Part shown: piece by piece, positions 1-8,585 of the stretch
Numbering within the stretch: position 1 is the stretch's first letter
Layout: each line of letters starts with the position of its first letter
Origin: an uncultured Actinomycetes bacterium
GTDB lineage: Bacteria; Actinomycetota; Acidimicrobiia; Spongiisociales; DATADW01
Direction of reading: 5' to 3'
Assembly (NCBI GenBank): GCA_963824995.1
Contig: CAWGRK010000010.1
Span: forward strand, 246,928 to 270,080
DNA length: 23,153 nt
Translations under genes and position numbers: made by a program
Notes under the pieces: model-generated
What the model saw: the letters and a program-made list of their open reading frames with translations, nothing else
Database searches by the model: none
What the model was told of the DNA's origin: nothing

Positions 1-1339
1 CTCGTCCCGGGAATAGGACACGGTCGTCTGAGTCCGCCGGCTCGGACACGGCCAATTCCTCCCAGTGGATTGGGTCTCCGCCGGACCAGAGGGGAGATTG
101 GCGACGCACCACACCCGAGACCGCCGAAGCGACGCGGTCGCGGCGCGATCCGAAAATCACCTCCACCCCGAGATTGGCCGGGGCGTACCAGGCCCACTTG
201 GCCGAGTCGGTCATCACCACCCTCGCCTCGGGGTCGAGGATCGGGGTGATATAGGTGCAAGTGTCGCTGACCATCCGAACCCCGGCCGCCTCGAGGACCT
301 CGACATCTGAGCGGGCGGCAGCGACATCTCCGCGACCGGCGTTCACGTAGGTGTCGATCCGCACCTCGCGGCCATCGAGCAGCCGAGCCAGTTCGGCGAG
401 TTCTGTCCTGGAAGCATGGGGAGTGCCAATGCACACTGCGTCGAGCCGGTCCCCGGTCGCCGTGGAAAGCTCGGCTGCCGCGGCCGAGAGAAACCCAGGA
501 TCGACGAGCACCTCGAACTCGGCGGCCTCCCGGCCGCCAAGGGCGTCTTCGAGTGTCGCCGCCTCCGGCGTCACGCCGACGGCGTGGAACATCGCCACCG
601 ACCCGGCAGACGCCGCAGCGGCGCCGACCGCCTTCAACCGGTCCTCATCGGTATCGGGAGGCAAACCGACGAGCACCGGGACCACCGACCCCGCCAGCCG
701 ACCGAGAACGTGGCCAACCACCGGATAGAGGGCGTCATCCTCGAGCCAATCGTCCGGGACGCCGTCGAGGCGGACGACGAGACGGGCCCGCCGCCCGGCG
801 TCGAGGTGGAGCCCAGCGGCGGGCGCCCGACCAGTCACAGCGGCGGAAATGTCGATGAAGTCGCCGTAGCGGCCGGTACGCGCCCCGAGGACGCTGTTGG
901 CGAAGACGATGGCGTTCGACTCTGCCCAGGCAACTTGGTCCCCGAACGACGGACGCTCCATCAGTTGGTACGGGGAGCACGTCCAGGTGGGGCGACATCC
1001 CATCTCGACGTAAGCGTCCATGAGCCGGCGGGCTTGCACGGCCAATTCGGGATCCCCGCGAAAGCGCTCGGGATGGAGCAGGTCGAGCGTGGACACGTTG
1101 AGCGTGGTGGGCACAGCCGCCTTCGTCCCTGCCTCGGCCAAGAGAAGGGCGAAATCGAGACTCGCCTGACCGTGGTAGAGGCAACCGTCCACGTGGGCCC
1201 CGGCGATGTCGAGCAGACGATCCGCACCTAGGGCTTTCGCCGCCCCCACCACCACCTCCATGGCGATCCGCGGACCCTCACCACGGTCACCATCGAGCAT
1301 TCCGATGTCGTCGTCTTCGAGATGAAGTTCGGGTCGCAC
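1..1339 (-). CDS. Aconitase X (AcnX, DUF521) catalytic subunit, cis-3-hydroxy-L-proline dehydratase-like; open at left edge
   Basis: Not in the ORF track (no stop before the edge). Manual translation from GTG 1339: VRPELHLEDDDIGMLDGDRGEG...AHVDGCLYHGQASLDF...VPTTLNV...PTWTCSPY...AWAESNAIVFANSVLGART...CIGTPH...SDTCTY...VMTDSAKWAWYAPANLG, typical AcnX motifs. Confidence 0.88.
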   Translation of the reverse strand, partial: MRPELHLEDDDIGMLDGDRGEGPRIAMEVVVGAAKALGADRLLDIAGAHVDGCLYHGQASLDFALLLAEAGTKAAVPTTLNVSTLDLLHPERFRGDPELAVQARRLMDAYVEMGCRPTWTCSPYQLMERPSFGDQVAWAESNAIVFANSVLGARTGRYGDFIDISAAVTGRAPAAGLHLDAGRRARLVVRLDGVPDDWLEDDALYPVVGHVLGRLAGSVVPVLVGLPPDTDEDRLKAVGAAAASAGSVAMFHAVGVTPEAATLEDALGGREAAEFEVLVDPGFLSAAAAELSTATGDRLDAVCIGTPHASRTELAELARLLDGREVRIDTYVNAGRGDVAAARSDVEVLEAAGVRMVSDTCTYITPILDPEARVVMTDSAKWAWYAPANLGVEVIFGSRRDRVASAVSGVVRRQSPLWSGGDPIHWEELAVSEPADSDDRVLFPGR

Positions 1340-1428
1340 GCCCGGATTCTGGTCGGGCGGACCTGCCACCTGAGGTGGTGGCTCGGACAAATTTCCGGCC
1401 TCCCGGTCCGCAATCCCCCAATTTTCGG

Positions 1429-1434
1429 TATTCT
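1429..1434 (+). promoter_or_regulatory. Putative -10 element (TATTCT) for the riboswitch/cDPG transcript
   Basis: TANNNT hexamer about 6 nt upstream of the 5' end of the riboswitch. Confidence 0.5.
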
Positions 1435-1440
1435 GCCAGC

Positions 1441-1566
1441 CACGCCGAGCCCGGCTGTCTGCGGCCGGGGCGGGGGACCCAATCCATGGGGCGAATCCCG
1501 GTACGCCGGGTAGGGCGCCTTCCGGCCCGAGCCCGTCAGCTAACCCCGTAGGCAGCAGGAAGGAGG
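1441..1566 (+). ncRNA. c-di-AMP riboswitch (ydaO/yuaA class)
   Basis: Conserved blocks in the expected order: GCCGA (1444), hairpin, GGGGGACCCA (1472-1481), TGGGGCGAATC (1487-1497), GTAGGGC (1510-1516), CCTTCC (1518-1523), GCCCGAGCCCGTCAGCTAACCCCGTAGGC (1525-1553). GGAAGG (1558-1563) is complementary to CCTTCC (pseudoknot overlapping an SD-like GGAGG). Confidence 0.9.
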
Positions 1567-1629
1567 CCAGCTTGCTGGCTCTCCGCGGATCGCCGGTCTG
1601 GGACCGGCCGACATGAGGGGGCGGAGAAC

Positions 1630-2574
1630 ATGCCGCACCGGAGAGCCGACATAAACCGGCAGATGCGCCGAAGGGTCTTGGTCGCCGATCGCGAGGGGGC
1701 CAACCTGCCCTACTCGAAGGGGCTGATGGCCGCCTCGATCATGGCAACGGGCATCCCGCCGGGCCGGGCCTATGACCTTGCCGAACTCATCGAGCACGAT
1801 CTGCTCTCCTTGCGACAGGACACCGTCGATGCAGACACGCTCTCCGGCATCGCCGCAGATGTCCTGCTCCGGCACGCCGGCGATCACATAGCGCGCGGAT
1901 ATCTCGCCTGGAGGGCGGCTAAGCGCTCCCCGCGCCCAATCGTCGTCCTCATCGGCGGCGCCACCGGTGTGGGCAAGTCGACTGTCGCCACCAAGCTCGC
2001 AGCGCGGCTGGGCATCACGAGAGTGATCCCGACCGACACGGTGCGCGAGGTGATGCGCACCTTCATGCCGCCAATACAAGCGCCAGAGTTGCACTCGTCT
2101 TCCTTCGAGGTGGGCGGGGGGGCCGACGAGCTGATCCATGGGTTCCTCCGCCAGAGCCGATCGGTCGCAACCGGGATCGACGGGCTGCTGGGGAGGATGA
2201 TCGCTGAACACAAGGACTCGATCGTCGAAGGGATCCATCTCGTGCCGGGGATGCTCGACGAGGAGATGCTCCATCGTTTCCGCCTCGAGGCCGCCGTGGT
2301 CAAGGTGCTGCTCACCCTCCCCGATGCCTCGGTCCACCGGGCCCACTTCATCGGTCGCCTGGAGAGCGAGCATGGCCGGCGCCCGGAGCGTTACCTGCGC
2401 AACCTCAGCGACATCAGGAAGATCCAGACCCACCTCGAGGACCTCGCCGGGCCGCATGGGTTCTCACTGGTGGATGCCACCGACCTAGACGGAGCGATCC
2501 AGCAGGTACTCGATCTGGTCGTGGCTGAGGTGACCAGCGTCACTGGGGAGAGCCAGGTGGTCGTCGCCGGGTGA
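1630..2574 (+). CDS. 2-phosphoglycerate kinase (ATP-cone + P-loop kinase)
   Basis: N-terminal ATP-cone-like LPYSKGLMAASI; P-loop LIGGATGVGKST; ARLGITRVIPTDTVREVMR, PELHSSSF and IVEGIHLVPG match the archaeal-type 2PGK family. Stop overlaps the cDPGS start (GTGA). Confidence 0.88.
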   Translation: MPHRRADINRQMRRRVLVADREGANLPYSKGLMAASIMATGIPPGRAYDLAELIEHDLLSLRQDTVDADTLSGIAADVLLRHAGDHIARGYLAWRAAKRSPRPIVVLIGGATGVGKSTVATKLAARLGITRVIPTDTVREVMRTFMPPIQAPELHSSSFEVGGGADELIHGFLRQSRSVATGIDGLLGRMIAEHKDSIVEGIHLVPGMLDEEMLHRFRLEAAVVKVLLTLPDASVHRAHFIGRLESEHGRRPERYLRNLSDIRKIQTHLEDLAGPHGFSLVDATDLDGAIQQVLDLVVAEVTSVTGESQVVVAG

Positions 2575-3878
2575 CGCCCGCTCGGGCCCTGGTCCTCATC
2601 GACGGCGAGCACCACCCATCTGTGGTCCTGGATGGGCTGGCTGAGTTGCAGCGGCGCGGTCTGGTGCCGGTGGCGGCATTGTTCCTGGGTGGATCTGAGA
2701 AGACGGCCGGTCTGCCCGAATTGCCCATCCCGGTCCATTCCGGCGACCCGAGTGCGGCGCTCCATGACCTGATGGCGCGCTATCTGCCAGATGTCGTCTT
2801 TGACCTAAGCGACGAACCCGTGCTCGACCACCGGGCGCGATTCGCCCTGATTGGGGTGGCTCTCGCCTCGGGCGTCGCCTACGCGGGTGGAGGGTTCCGG
2901 TTCGAACCGCCCGATCTGCCCAGACTGACGACCAGGCCTTCGGTGGCGGTGGTCGGAACCGGCAAGCGGACCGGAAAGACGGCGGTGTCCATCGCGCTGG
3001 CGCGCCACTGGTCGGCATCCGGGAGAAAACCCGTTGTGGTGACGATGGGGCGAGGAGGCCCCGCAGAGCCCATCGTGCTCGACCCCGCAAACCTCGGCGA
3101 CGCGACTAGTGCGCTGCGCACGTTGGCGAGCCGCGGGCTCCATGCCGCGTCGGACTACGTCGAGGACGCCATCTTCGCCGGCGTCCCCACGGTGGGGACG
3201 AGGCGGATAGGTGCCGGTCCGGCCGGCGTCACCGTCGCCGACACGTTCGCCGCTGGGGTCGCCGCTGCGGATTTGCTGGATCCCGGGCTTCTCATCTTCG
3301 AGGGGAGTGGGACCGCCCTCCCCCCGGCTCGCTGGGATGCGAACGTACTGGTGATGCGGTCCCAGCTCGATCCCGAGTACATCACCGGGTACCTAGGCCC
3401 TTTCCGGCTGGCACTGGCCGACGCCGTCGTTGTCGTGGCCGATGGCGGCTCGGCGGCAGCAGTGGTCCGCCAGATGGCACCCGAGGTGGCGCTCTTCACC
3501 TGTCGCTACCGGGTCGAGCCGACCGTGCCGGTCCAAGGGCGCCGGGTCATGGTCGCCACCACCGCCCCCGAGCCTGCCGGCGACGAGTTGGCCGCCCAGT
3601 TCCGCAACCTCGGCGCGACCTCTGTCGTCGTGGTCCACACCCTCTCGAGGCGCGACCGCCTCCTCGCCGATCTGGAGGGCGCTCCTCCGTGCGACCTCGT
3701 CGTCACCGAGGTGAAGGCCGCGGCTGCCGACGTGGTGTTCCCATGGGCGGACCGGGCCGGAATCCAGGTCGGGCTGCTCCACAACCTGGTCGAGATCGAC
3801 GGGGGTTTGGGGCCACTGGCCGGCCTATTGGAAGAGCGTCTGGCGGCGCCCCGCGAGACTCAACCGAGCACGCGGTAG
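2571..3878 (+). CDS. cpgS: Cyclic 2,3-diphosphoglycerate synthetase (cDPGS)
   Basis: Motifs LIDGEHHP, LGGSEK, DLSDEPVLD, GTGKRTGKTAVS, MGRGGPAEP, HAASDYVED, EGSG, YLGPFRL and TEVKAAAADV. About 435 aa, directly downstream of 2PGK. Confidence 0.88.
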   Translation: MTPARALVLIDGEHHPSVVLDGLAELQRRGLVPVAALFLGGSEKTAGLPELPIPVHSGDPSAALHDLMARYLPDVVFDLSDEPVLDHRARFALIGVALASGVAYAGGGFRFEPPDLPRLTTRPSVAVVGTGKRTGKTAVSIALARHWSASGRKPVVVTMGRGGPAEPIVLDPANLGDATSALRTLASRGLHAASDYVEDAIFAGVPTVGTRRIGAGPAGVTVADTFAAGVAAADLLDPGLLIFEGSGTALPPARWDANVLVMRSQLDPEYITGYLGPFRLALADAVVVVADGGSAAAVVRQMAPEVALFTCRYRVEPTVPVQGRRVMVATTAPEPAGDELAAQFRNLGATSVVVVHTLSRRDRLLADLEGAPPCDLVVTEVKAAAADVVFPWADRAGIQVGLLHNLVEIDGGLGPLAGLLEERLAAPRETQPSTR

Positions 3879-4165
3879 ATCTTGCGTATCGGCTCCCTAC
3901 GGAGCATTCCCCGCACGCGTTCCTGACTATCGACGAGTTCCGGCGAGTCGAGGGCGGCCTCCATCGCCTCCAGCGTCGTCCAACGGGTGACCACGCCGCC
4001 CTCGACGAGTCCGCTCACCCCGGCCTCCTCTGCGATCACCAGATCGATCCCCAGGCAGTCAGGGTGGTCGCGGAAGGCGGGAACGACATCGGCCTCGAAC
4101 AGCGAGATGACCTCCTCGACATCGTCGGGGGAGACCGCGGAGAGGAAGAAGCGGATGTAGCTCAC
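3860..4165 (-). CDS. Antibiotic biosynthesis monooxygenase (ABM)/dimeric alpha-beta barrel family protein
   Basis: About 101 aa with ABM-like pattern (FEADVVPAFRDHPDCLG...VVTRWTTLEAMEAA). GTG 4165 overlaps the stop of the phosphoesterase. Confidence 0.6.
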   Translation of the reverse strand: MSYIRFFLSAVSPDDVEEVISLFEADVVPAFRDHPDCLGIDLVIAEEAGVSGLVEGGVVTRWTTLEAMEAALDSPELVDSQERVRGMLRREPIRKIYRVLG

Positions 4166-4986
4166 CAGCCCCAACTCGACTTGGAGAACATGCCGGCCAA
4201 TTCGGGATTGCGGTCGAGCGCTCGGGTATTCCGGTCGTATCTGGCGGCCAGCTTCTCGCCGCTCCCCGGGTACATCAGGGTCACCGAGATCGCCTCGGAA
4301 TCGACGGTGACCACGTTGTACGACGGTCTCGTGTAGCCGCGGAGGCGGAAGGAGGAAACTGTCCCGCTGTTGACCACCATGATCCCGTCCACCACCCAGA
4401 TGTGGGGCACGTGCTTATGGCCACACAGGACCAGATCGACCCCGCTCTCCTCGAGCACCGCCAGAACGTCGCCCGCGTCCCACACGGTGTTGCGCTCTCG
4501 TCCGGTTCCCGGGACAGGCACGAGGTGGTGGTGGAGGGCGAATATCCGCAGGTCCGACGGAGTGGTGAACTGCTCCCGGATCCACGGGTAGCGGACCCTC
4601 CCCACCTCCCCCTCGGCGAGGTCGGGCTTGGAGCTGTCCACGGCAACCAGGGTGACCCGCTCAGGCTCGACACCCCTGGCCAGGTCCACCACCACATCGT
4701 TTCCGGCGTCACCCTTCCCGAAATGGTCCTCAAAGTGGACATAGCCGACGTTCTTGGCGTCGTGGTTGCCCGGGATGATCACGGTGAGCAGTTCGTCGAC
4801 CAAAGGTCGCAGCGCATCGCGGGCCATCTGGAACTCGTTGGCGTACCCCTCCTGGGTGAGATCGCCGGCTACCACCACCATGTCTGGCTGAAGGGAGAGA
4901 ATCTCCTCGACGGCATGACTGAGCAGGTCAGGGTCGAAATACTGGGAGCCGCAGTGGATGTCCGACAGCTGGGCGATGGTGAGCAC
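4162..4986 (-). CDS. Calcineurin-like metallophosphoesterase (CpdA/Icc-like)
   Basis: All five metal-binding motifs: SDIH, GDLT, PGNHD, LHHH, CGHKH. Confidence 0.88.
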   Translation of the reverse strand: MLTIAQLSDIHCGSQYFDPDLLSHAVEEILSLQPDMVVVAGDLTQEGYANEFQMARDALRPLVDELLTVIIPGNHDAKNVGYVHFEDHFGKGDAGNDVVVDLARGVEPERVTLVAVDSSKPDLAEGEVGRVRYPWIREQFTTPSDLRIFALHHHLVPVPGTGRERNTVWDAGDVLAVLEESGVDLVLCGHKHVPHIWVVDGIMVVNSGTVSSFRLRGYTRPSYNVVTVDSEAISVTLMYPGSGEKLAARYDRNTRALDRNPELAGMFSKSSWGW

Positions 4987-5070
4987 GTCGGTGGCCGATC
5001 CTAACCCCGGTCGCTGGGCGAGAAGTGGTACCCGCCCCGGCGGGCGTTGACCGACTTCCGATACTCGGTT

Positions 5071-6631
5071 CTATTCGACGTTGACCACGACGGAGTGGTA
5101 GCCGGTCGCTCCGTCGGGGGCAGGGGGAGCGACCTCGTCGGTCTGGGTTTCGCCTGTTCCGTCGGTGGCACGGACCATGATCGAGTGGGTTCCCGAGGTC
5201 GCTTCCCACGGCATCCGCCATTGTCGCCATGTCGTGTCGGCCAGTTCTGCGGCGAGTTCGGCGGGCTGCCATCGACCGCCATCCACCCGCACCTCGACAC
5301 CGCTGATCCCGCGGGTCGGCGCCCATGCGACGCCGGCTATCGCCTGCTGGCCGGGACGGATGGTGGAACCGTCCACTGGAACGTCGATCACGCGACTGCG
5401 TCTTGATCGGTGCCTCCTTGGACCATCCCCGCGGCACCCAGTAGGCGTCGAAGCCGTCCCAGGTGGCGAGTTCGACCTCGGTGAGCCACTTGGTGGCGGA
5501 TACGTATCCGTAGAGACCGGCGACTATCAGCCGAGCCGGGAACCCGTGCTCGAAGGGCAGCGGCTCGCCATTCATACCCACCGCGACCATGGTGTCTCGC
5601 CCGTCGAGCGCCACCTCGGTGGGGAAGCCAACGGTGAAGCCGTCGGCGGAGCGACCCACGATCTGGGTCGCTCCCGGCTGCACGCCCGCTCGCTCGAGCA
5701 GGACCGGCAGCGGGACTCCCAGCCACTTCGCAGTGCCTATCAGGTCGCCCCCGACCTCGTTGCTCACACAGGCGATGGTGATGTGACGCTCCACCATGGG
5801 CATGTCGATCAGTTCCAAGAAGTCGACCTCGAAGGGGCGATTCACCATCCCGGTGAATCCGAGTCGCCAGGTGGTCAGATCCACCCTCGGCACGGTGAGC
5901 GCGGTGTCGATCCGATAGAACTCGGCATTGGGTGTGACCAGGGGGGAGAGGCCCTGGATCTGGAACGATGCCCGGCCCGGAGGCGCGGCGACCGTCTCGG
6001 CCGCAGCCGGCAGCACCACATCCTCCCGCCCAGCCAGCATGCGTCGCGCCTGGTCGGCGAGAAAACGCCCGCCGGCGGCGGCCAGCGCCGCCAAAGCAAC
6101 CACCGACCCGGCGGCGGCGATGAATGCCCGCCTCCCCCGGTCAGTTCCCCGGTCGGCCGGGGGGGCGCTCAGCCGCAACAGAGCGGCAAGAACCGCAATG
6201 CCCACCAAGGCGGCCGCCGCCGCGGTGAGCCAGACGCCAACCGCCGGGACATCGGGGATTCGCAGGGCCGACATCGCCCCGGCCACCCCGAACACACCGA
6301 ACGCGATGATCCCCCAACCCATCCACCGGGCAGCCAGCAGACCGACCACCGCACCGATCCCGGCGATGACCAACACCGAACCCACCAGGAGTGCCGTCTT
6401 GTCGTTGGTGCCGAAGATAGAGATGGCGGCATCCTTCACCCCGGGCGGCACCGAGTCGATGACAAAGGTCCCTACTGCGTCGAGCAGCGAAGGAACCTCG
6501 GACAGCAGTCCGGCCACCAACTCTGCGGCGCCCAGGGCCGCCAGGCTTGCGACCGCACCGGACACCGCCTGACGCCCACGGCTCGCGGCCGGCGTGGGAG
6601 GGGAGGCGACCGGTGCTTCGGTTACGGCCAT
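5071..6631 (-). CDS. Molybdopterin-dependent oxidoreductase (sulfite oxidase family) with N-terminal TM helices; frameshift at ~5389
   Basis: FYRIDTAL, TIACVSNEVGG, MNGEPLPFEHGFPARLIVAGLYGYVSATKW, YWVPRGW; RRAFI Tat-like motif. The C-terminal domain (IDVP...AGVAWAPTRGISGVEV...WRQW...VRATDGTG) continues in another frame (5071..5391) after one extra base in KTQSR/IDVP. Confidence 0.85.
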
Positions 6632-6703
6632 CACTGGAAATCTACGGCTGCATCGGGCCCTATCGTGACCGCCCAGACCCGAGTTTCGCCACGTTTCACA
6701 CTC

Positions 6704-7453
6704 TCAGCATCGACCCAGGAACACCTCGGCACCCTCCGGCCACTCACCCGAGTCAGGGACATCCACGGCCGCCGCCTCGAAACCGACCTCATCGAGCAAC
6801 CGCAACCAGGTCGCCCGGGGGAAGACCCCGAGGAAGTGGCGGTCCTGTTCTATTCGGACGCTGCCGTCACCGGCCCTGAGGAGGATGGCGAAGTCCACCA
6901 CATACTGCTGGTCGCGCGGGTCGGGGTCCCAGGTCCACTCCAGATATCTCAGCGCCTTTCCCTCTCCGTCGCGCCCACCGTGGTCTGTCGATGGCCGGAG
7001 GCTCTCTCTGGTCCAGTCGGGCACGAACAGCGCCACGCCCCCGGGGGCACAGTGGGCGCGGGCGGTCTCCATCGTGGCCCGAAGATCCTCCTCGGTGGTG
7101 AGGTACATGACGGCATCGTGGACGAACACGGCGTCGAATGTCCGACCGAGCCTCACCGTCCTCATGTCGCCGACAGCGTGCTCGCACTCGGGATTGAGCG
7201 CCCGACTCACCTCGATCATCGAGGGAGACAGGTCCACCAGCGTCATGTCGAAGTGCCGACACAGGTGGTAGGCGTTGTTGCCTCCACCGCTCCCCAGTTC
7301 GAGCACGTCGCGTCCGCGCCTGGACCCGTCGGCGAGCAAAGTGGCGTAGAAGGTCGCCTCTTCGAGGTAGTCGTCGGGGTGACTGAATAGCGGCCACCAT
7401 TCGGCGAGCCTCTCGTAGAGAGCGGGGAGGGGTTGGACCGGACCATCGACCAT
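6704..7453 (-). CDS. Class I SAM-dependent methyltransferase
   Basis: VLELGSGGG motif I, VDLSPSM, GDMRTVRLGRTFDAVFVHDAVMY. Start set at ATG 7453 (TACGAT -10 six nt upstream); ATG 7477 is an alternative. Confidence 0.85.
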   Translation of the reverse strand: MVDGPVQPLPALYERLAEWWPLFSHPDDYLEEATFYATLLADGSRRGRDVLELGSGGGNNAYHLCRHFDMTLVDLSPSMIEVSRALNPECEHAVGDMRTVRLGRTFDAVFVHDAVMYLTTEEDLRATMETARAHCAPGGVALFVPDWTRESLRPSTDHGGRDGEGKALRYLEWTWDPDPRDQQYVVDFAILLRAGDGSVRIEQDRHFLGVFPRATWLRLLDEVGFEAAAVDVPDSGEWPEGAEVFLGRC

Positions 7454-7497
7454 GGCGGAATCGTACGGGCCGGTCATAGGATTCCGCCATGGCGGAA
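7450..7497. promoter_or_regulatory. Symmetric divergent leaderless promoter region with 13-bp inverted repeat
   Basis: CCATGGCGGAATC (7450-7462) and GATTCCGCCATGG (7480-7492). Each strand reads TANNAT-TCCGCC-ATG. There is also a 16-bp palindrome at 7482-7497. Confidence 0.6.
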
Positions 7498-8169
7498 GTC
7501 GACGCTGGCGCGGTCGTGATCGGCGCCGATGGCAAGGCGCGCTGTTGGTGGGGAGCGAGCCCGCCGGAGTATCTCGCCTACCACGACGAGGAGTGGGGCC
7601 GCCCGGTCGGTGACGACCGTCTTCTCTTCGAGAAGTTGTGCCTCGAGGGGTTCCAAGCAGGTCTGTCATGGCTCACCATCCTGCGCAAGAGGCCTGCGTT
7701 TCGATCCGCCTTCGACGGGTTCGACATTGCAACTGTGGCGCGCTTCGGCGAGGCCGACGTATCCCGCCTGCTCGACGATCCGGGCATCGTCCGTCATCGT
7801 GGCAAGATCGTTGCAGCGATAGGCAATGCCGGCTTGGCGCTGCGTCTGATCGAGGAGCACGGCTCGCTCGCCTCATTCGCATGGGATTACGCCCCCGAAG
7901 TGCCCGAGAAGGCACCGACGCTGCGCTCGATCTCGCCCGAGTCGAGCGCCATGAGCCGGGATCTGAAGCGACGAGGCTGGTCCTTTGTCGGGCCGACGAC
8001 GGTGTACGCCTTCATGCAGGCAATGGGCATGGTCAACGATCACGTGGTTGGTTGTTGGGCACGGGACGAGGTCGGGGCGGCTCGGGCCGAGTTCCTGTCA
8101 TCCTTTTCTGGAACGGACCAGCCCGACACCGTGTTGACCGAACAGGTATCACCGAGAGGAGCGCCATGA
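7489..8169 (+). CDS. tag: DNA-3-methyladenine glycosylase I
   Basis: RCWW...[60 protein letters not shown]. Confidence 0.93.
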   Translation: MAEVDAGAVVIGADGKARCWWGASPPEYLAYHDEEWGRPVGDDRLLFEKLCLEGFQAGLSWLTILRKRPAFRSAFDGFDIATVARFGEADVSRLLDDPGIVRHRGKIVAAIGNAGLALRLIEEHGSLASFAWDYAPEVPEKAPTLRSISPESSAMSRDLKRRGWSFVGPTTVYAFMQAMGMVNDHVVGCWARDEVGAARAEFLSSFSGTDQPDTVLTEQVSPRGAP

Positions 8170-8573
8170 CCGACACCGAACGGACCGAACTACCCACCAC
8201 CGAGGATGAGTGGCGGAGCAGGCTGACACCCGAACAGTTCGAGGTCTTGCGGCGAGAGGGGACCGAGAGAGCTTTCACCGGCATCTACTGGAACGAGAAA
8301 GAGCCGGGTACCTATCGCTGCGCCGGGTGCGGCACTCCCCTCTTCTCGTCGGACACCAAATACGACTCAGGGACCGGATGGCCCAGCTTCTGGGAACCGG
8401 TTTCACCAACCGCCATCGAGACCCGCGACGACTTCAGCACCGGGACGACGCGTACCGAGGTGCGCTGCGCCACCTGCCACGGCCACCTCGGGCACGTCTT
8501 CCCCGATGGCCCCCAACCCTCCGGCCTGCGCTACTGCATGAACTCTGCAGCAATGGACTTGGAGCGCAGCTAG
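8166..8573 (+). CDS. msrB: Peptide-methionine (R)-S-oxide reductase
   Basis: [47 protein letters not shown] 8166 overlaps the tag stop (ATGA). Confidence 0.95.
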   Translation: MTDTERTELPTTEDEWRSRLTPEQFEVLRREGTERAFTGIYWNEKEPGTYRCAGCGTPLFSSDTKYDSGTGWPSFWEPVSPTAIETRDDFSTGTTRTEVRCATCHGHLGHVFPDGPQPSGLRYCMNSAAMDLERS

Positions 8574-8585
8574 ACGGACCGAGTC

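Noticed and set aside
416..1231. 271-aa plus-strand ORF and other short ORFs in 65-1231
   Set aside because: Shadows of the minus-strand AcnX gene that the ORF track missed.
4928..5390. Arg-rich C-terminal tail of the 568-aa ORF
   Set aside because: Frameshift artefact; the true C-terminal domain is in ORF 5071..5391.
5165..7390. 741-aa plus-strand ORF
   Set aside because: Antisense shadow of the Mo oxidoreductase and methyltransferase genes, with no recognisable motifs; expected in high-GC DNA.
7638..8165. N-terminal extension of MsrB (311-aa ORF)
   Set aside because: Overlaps tag out of frame; the real start is ATG 8166.
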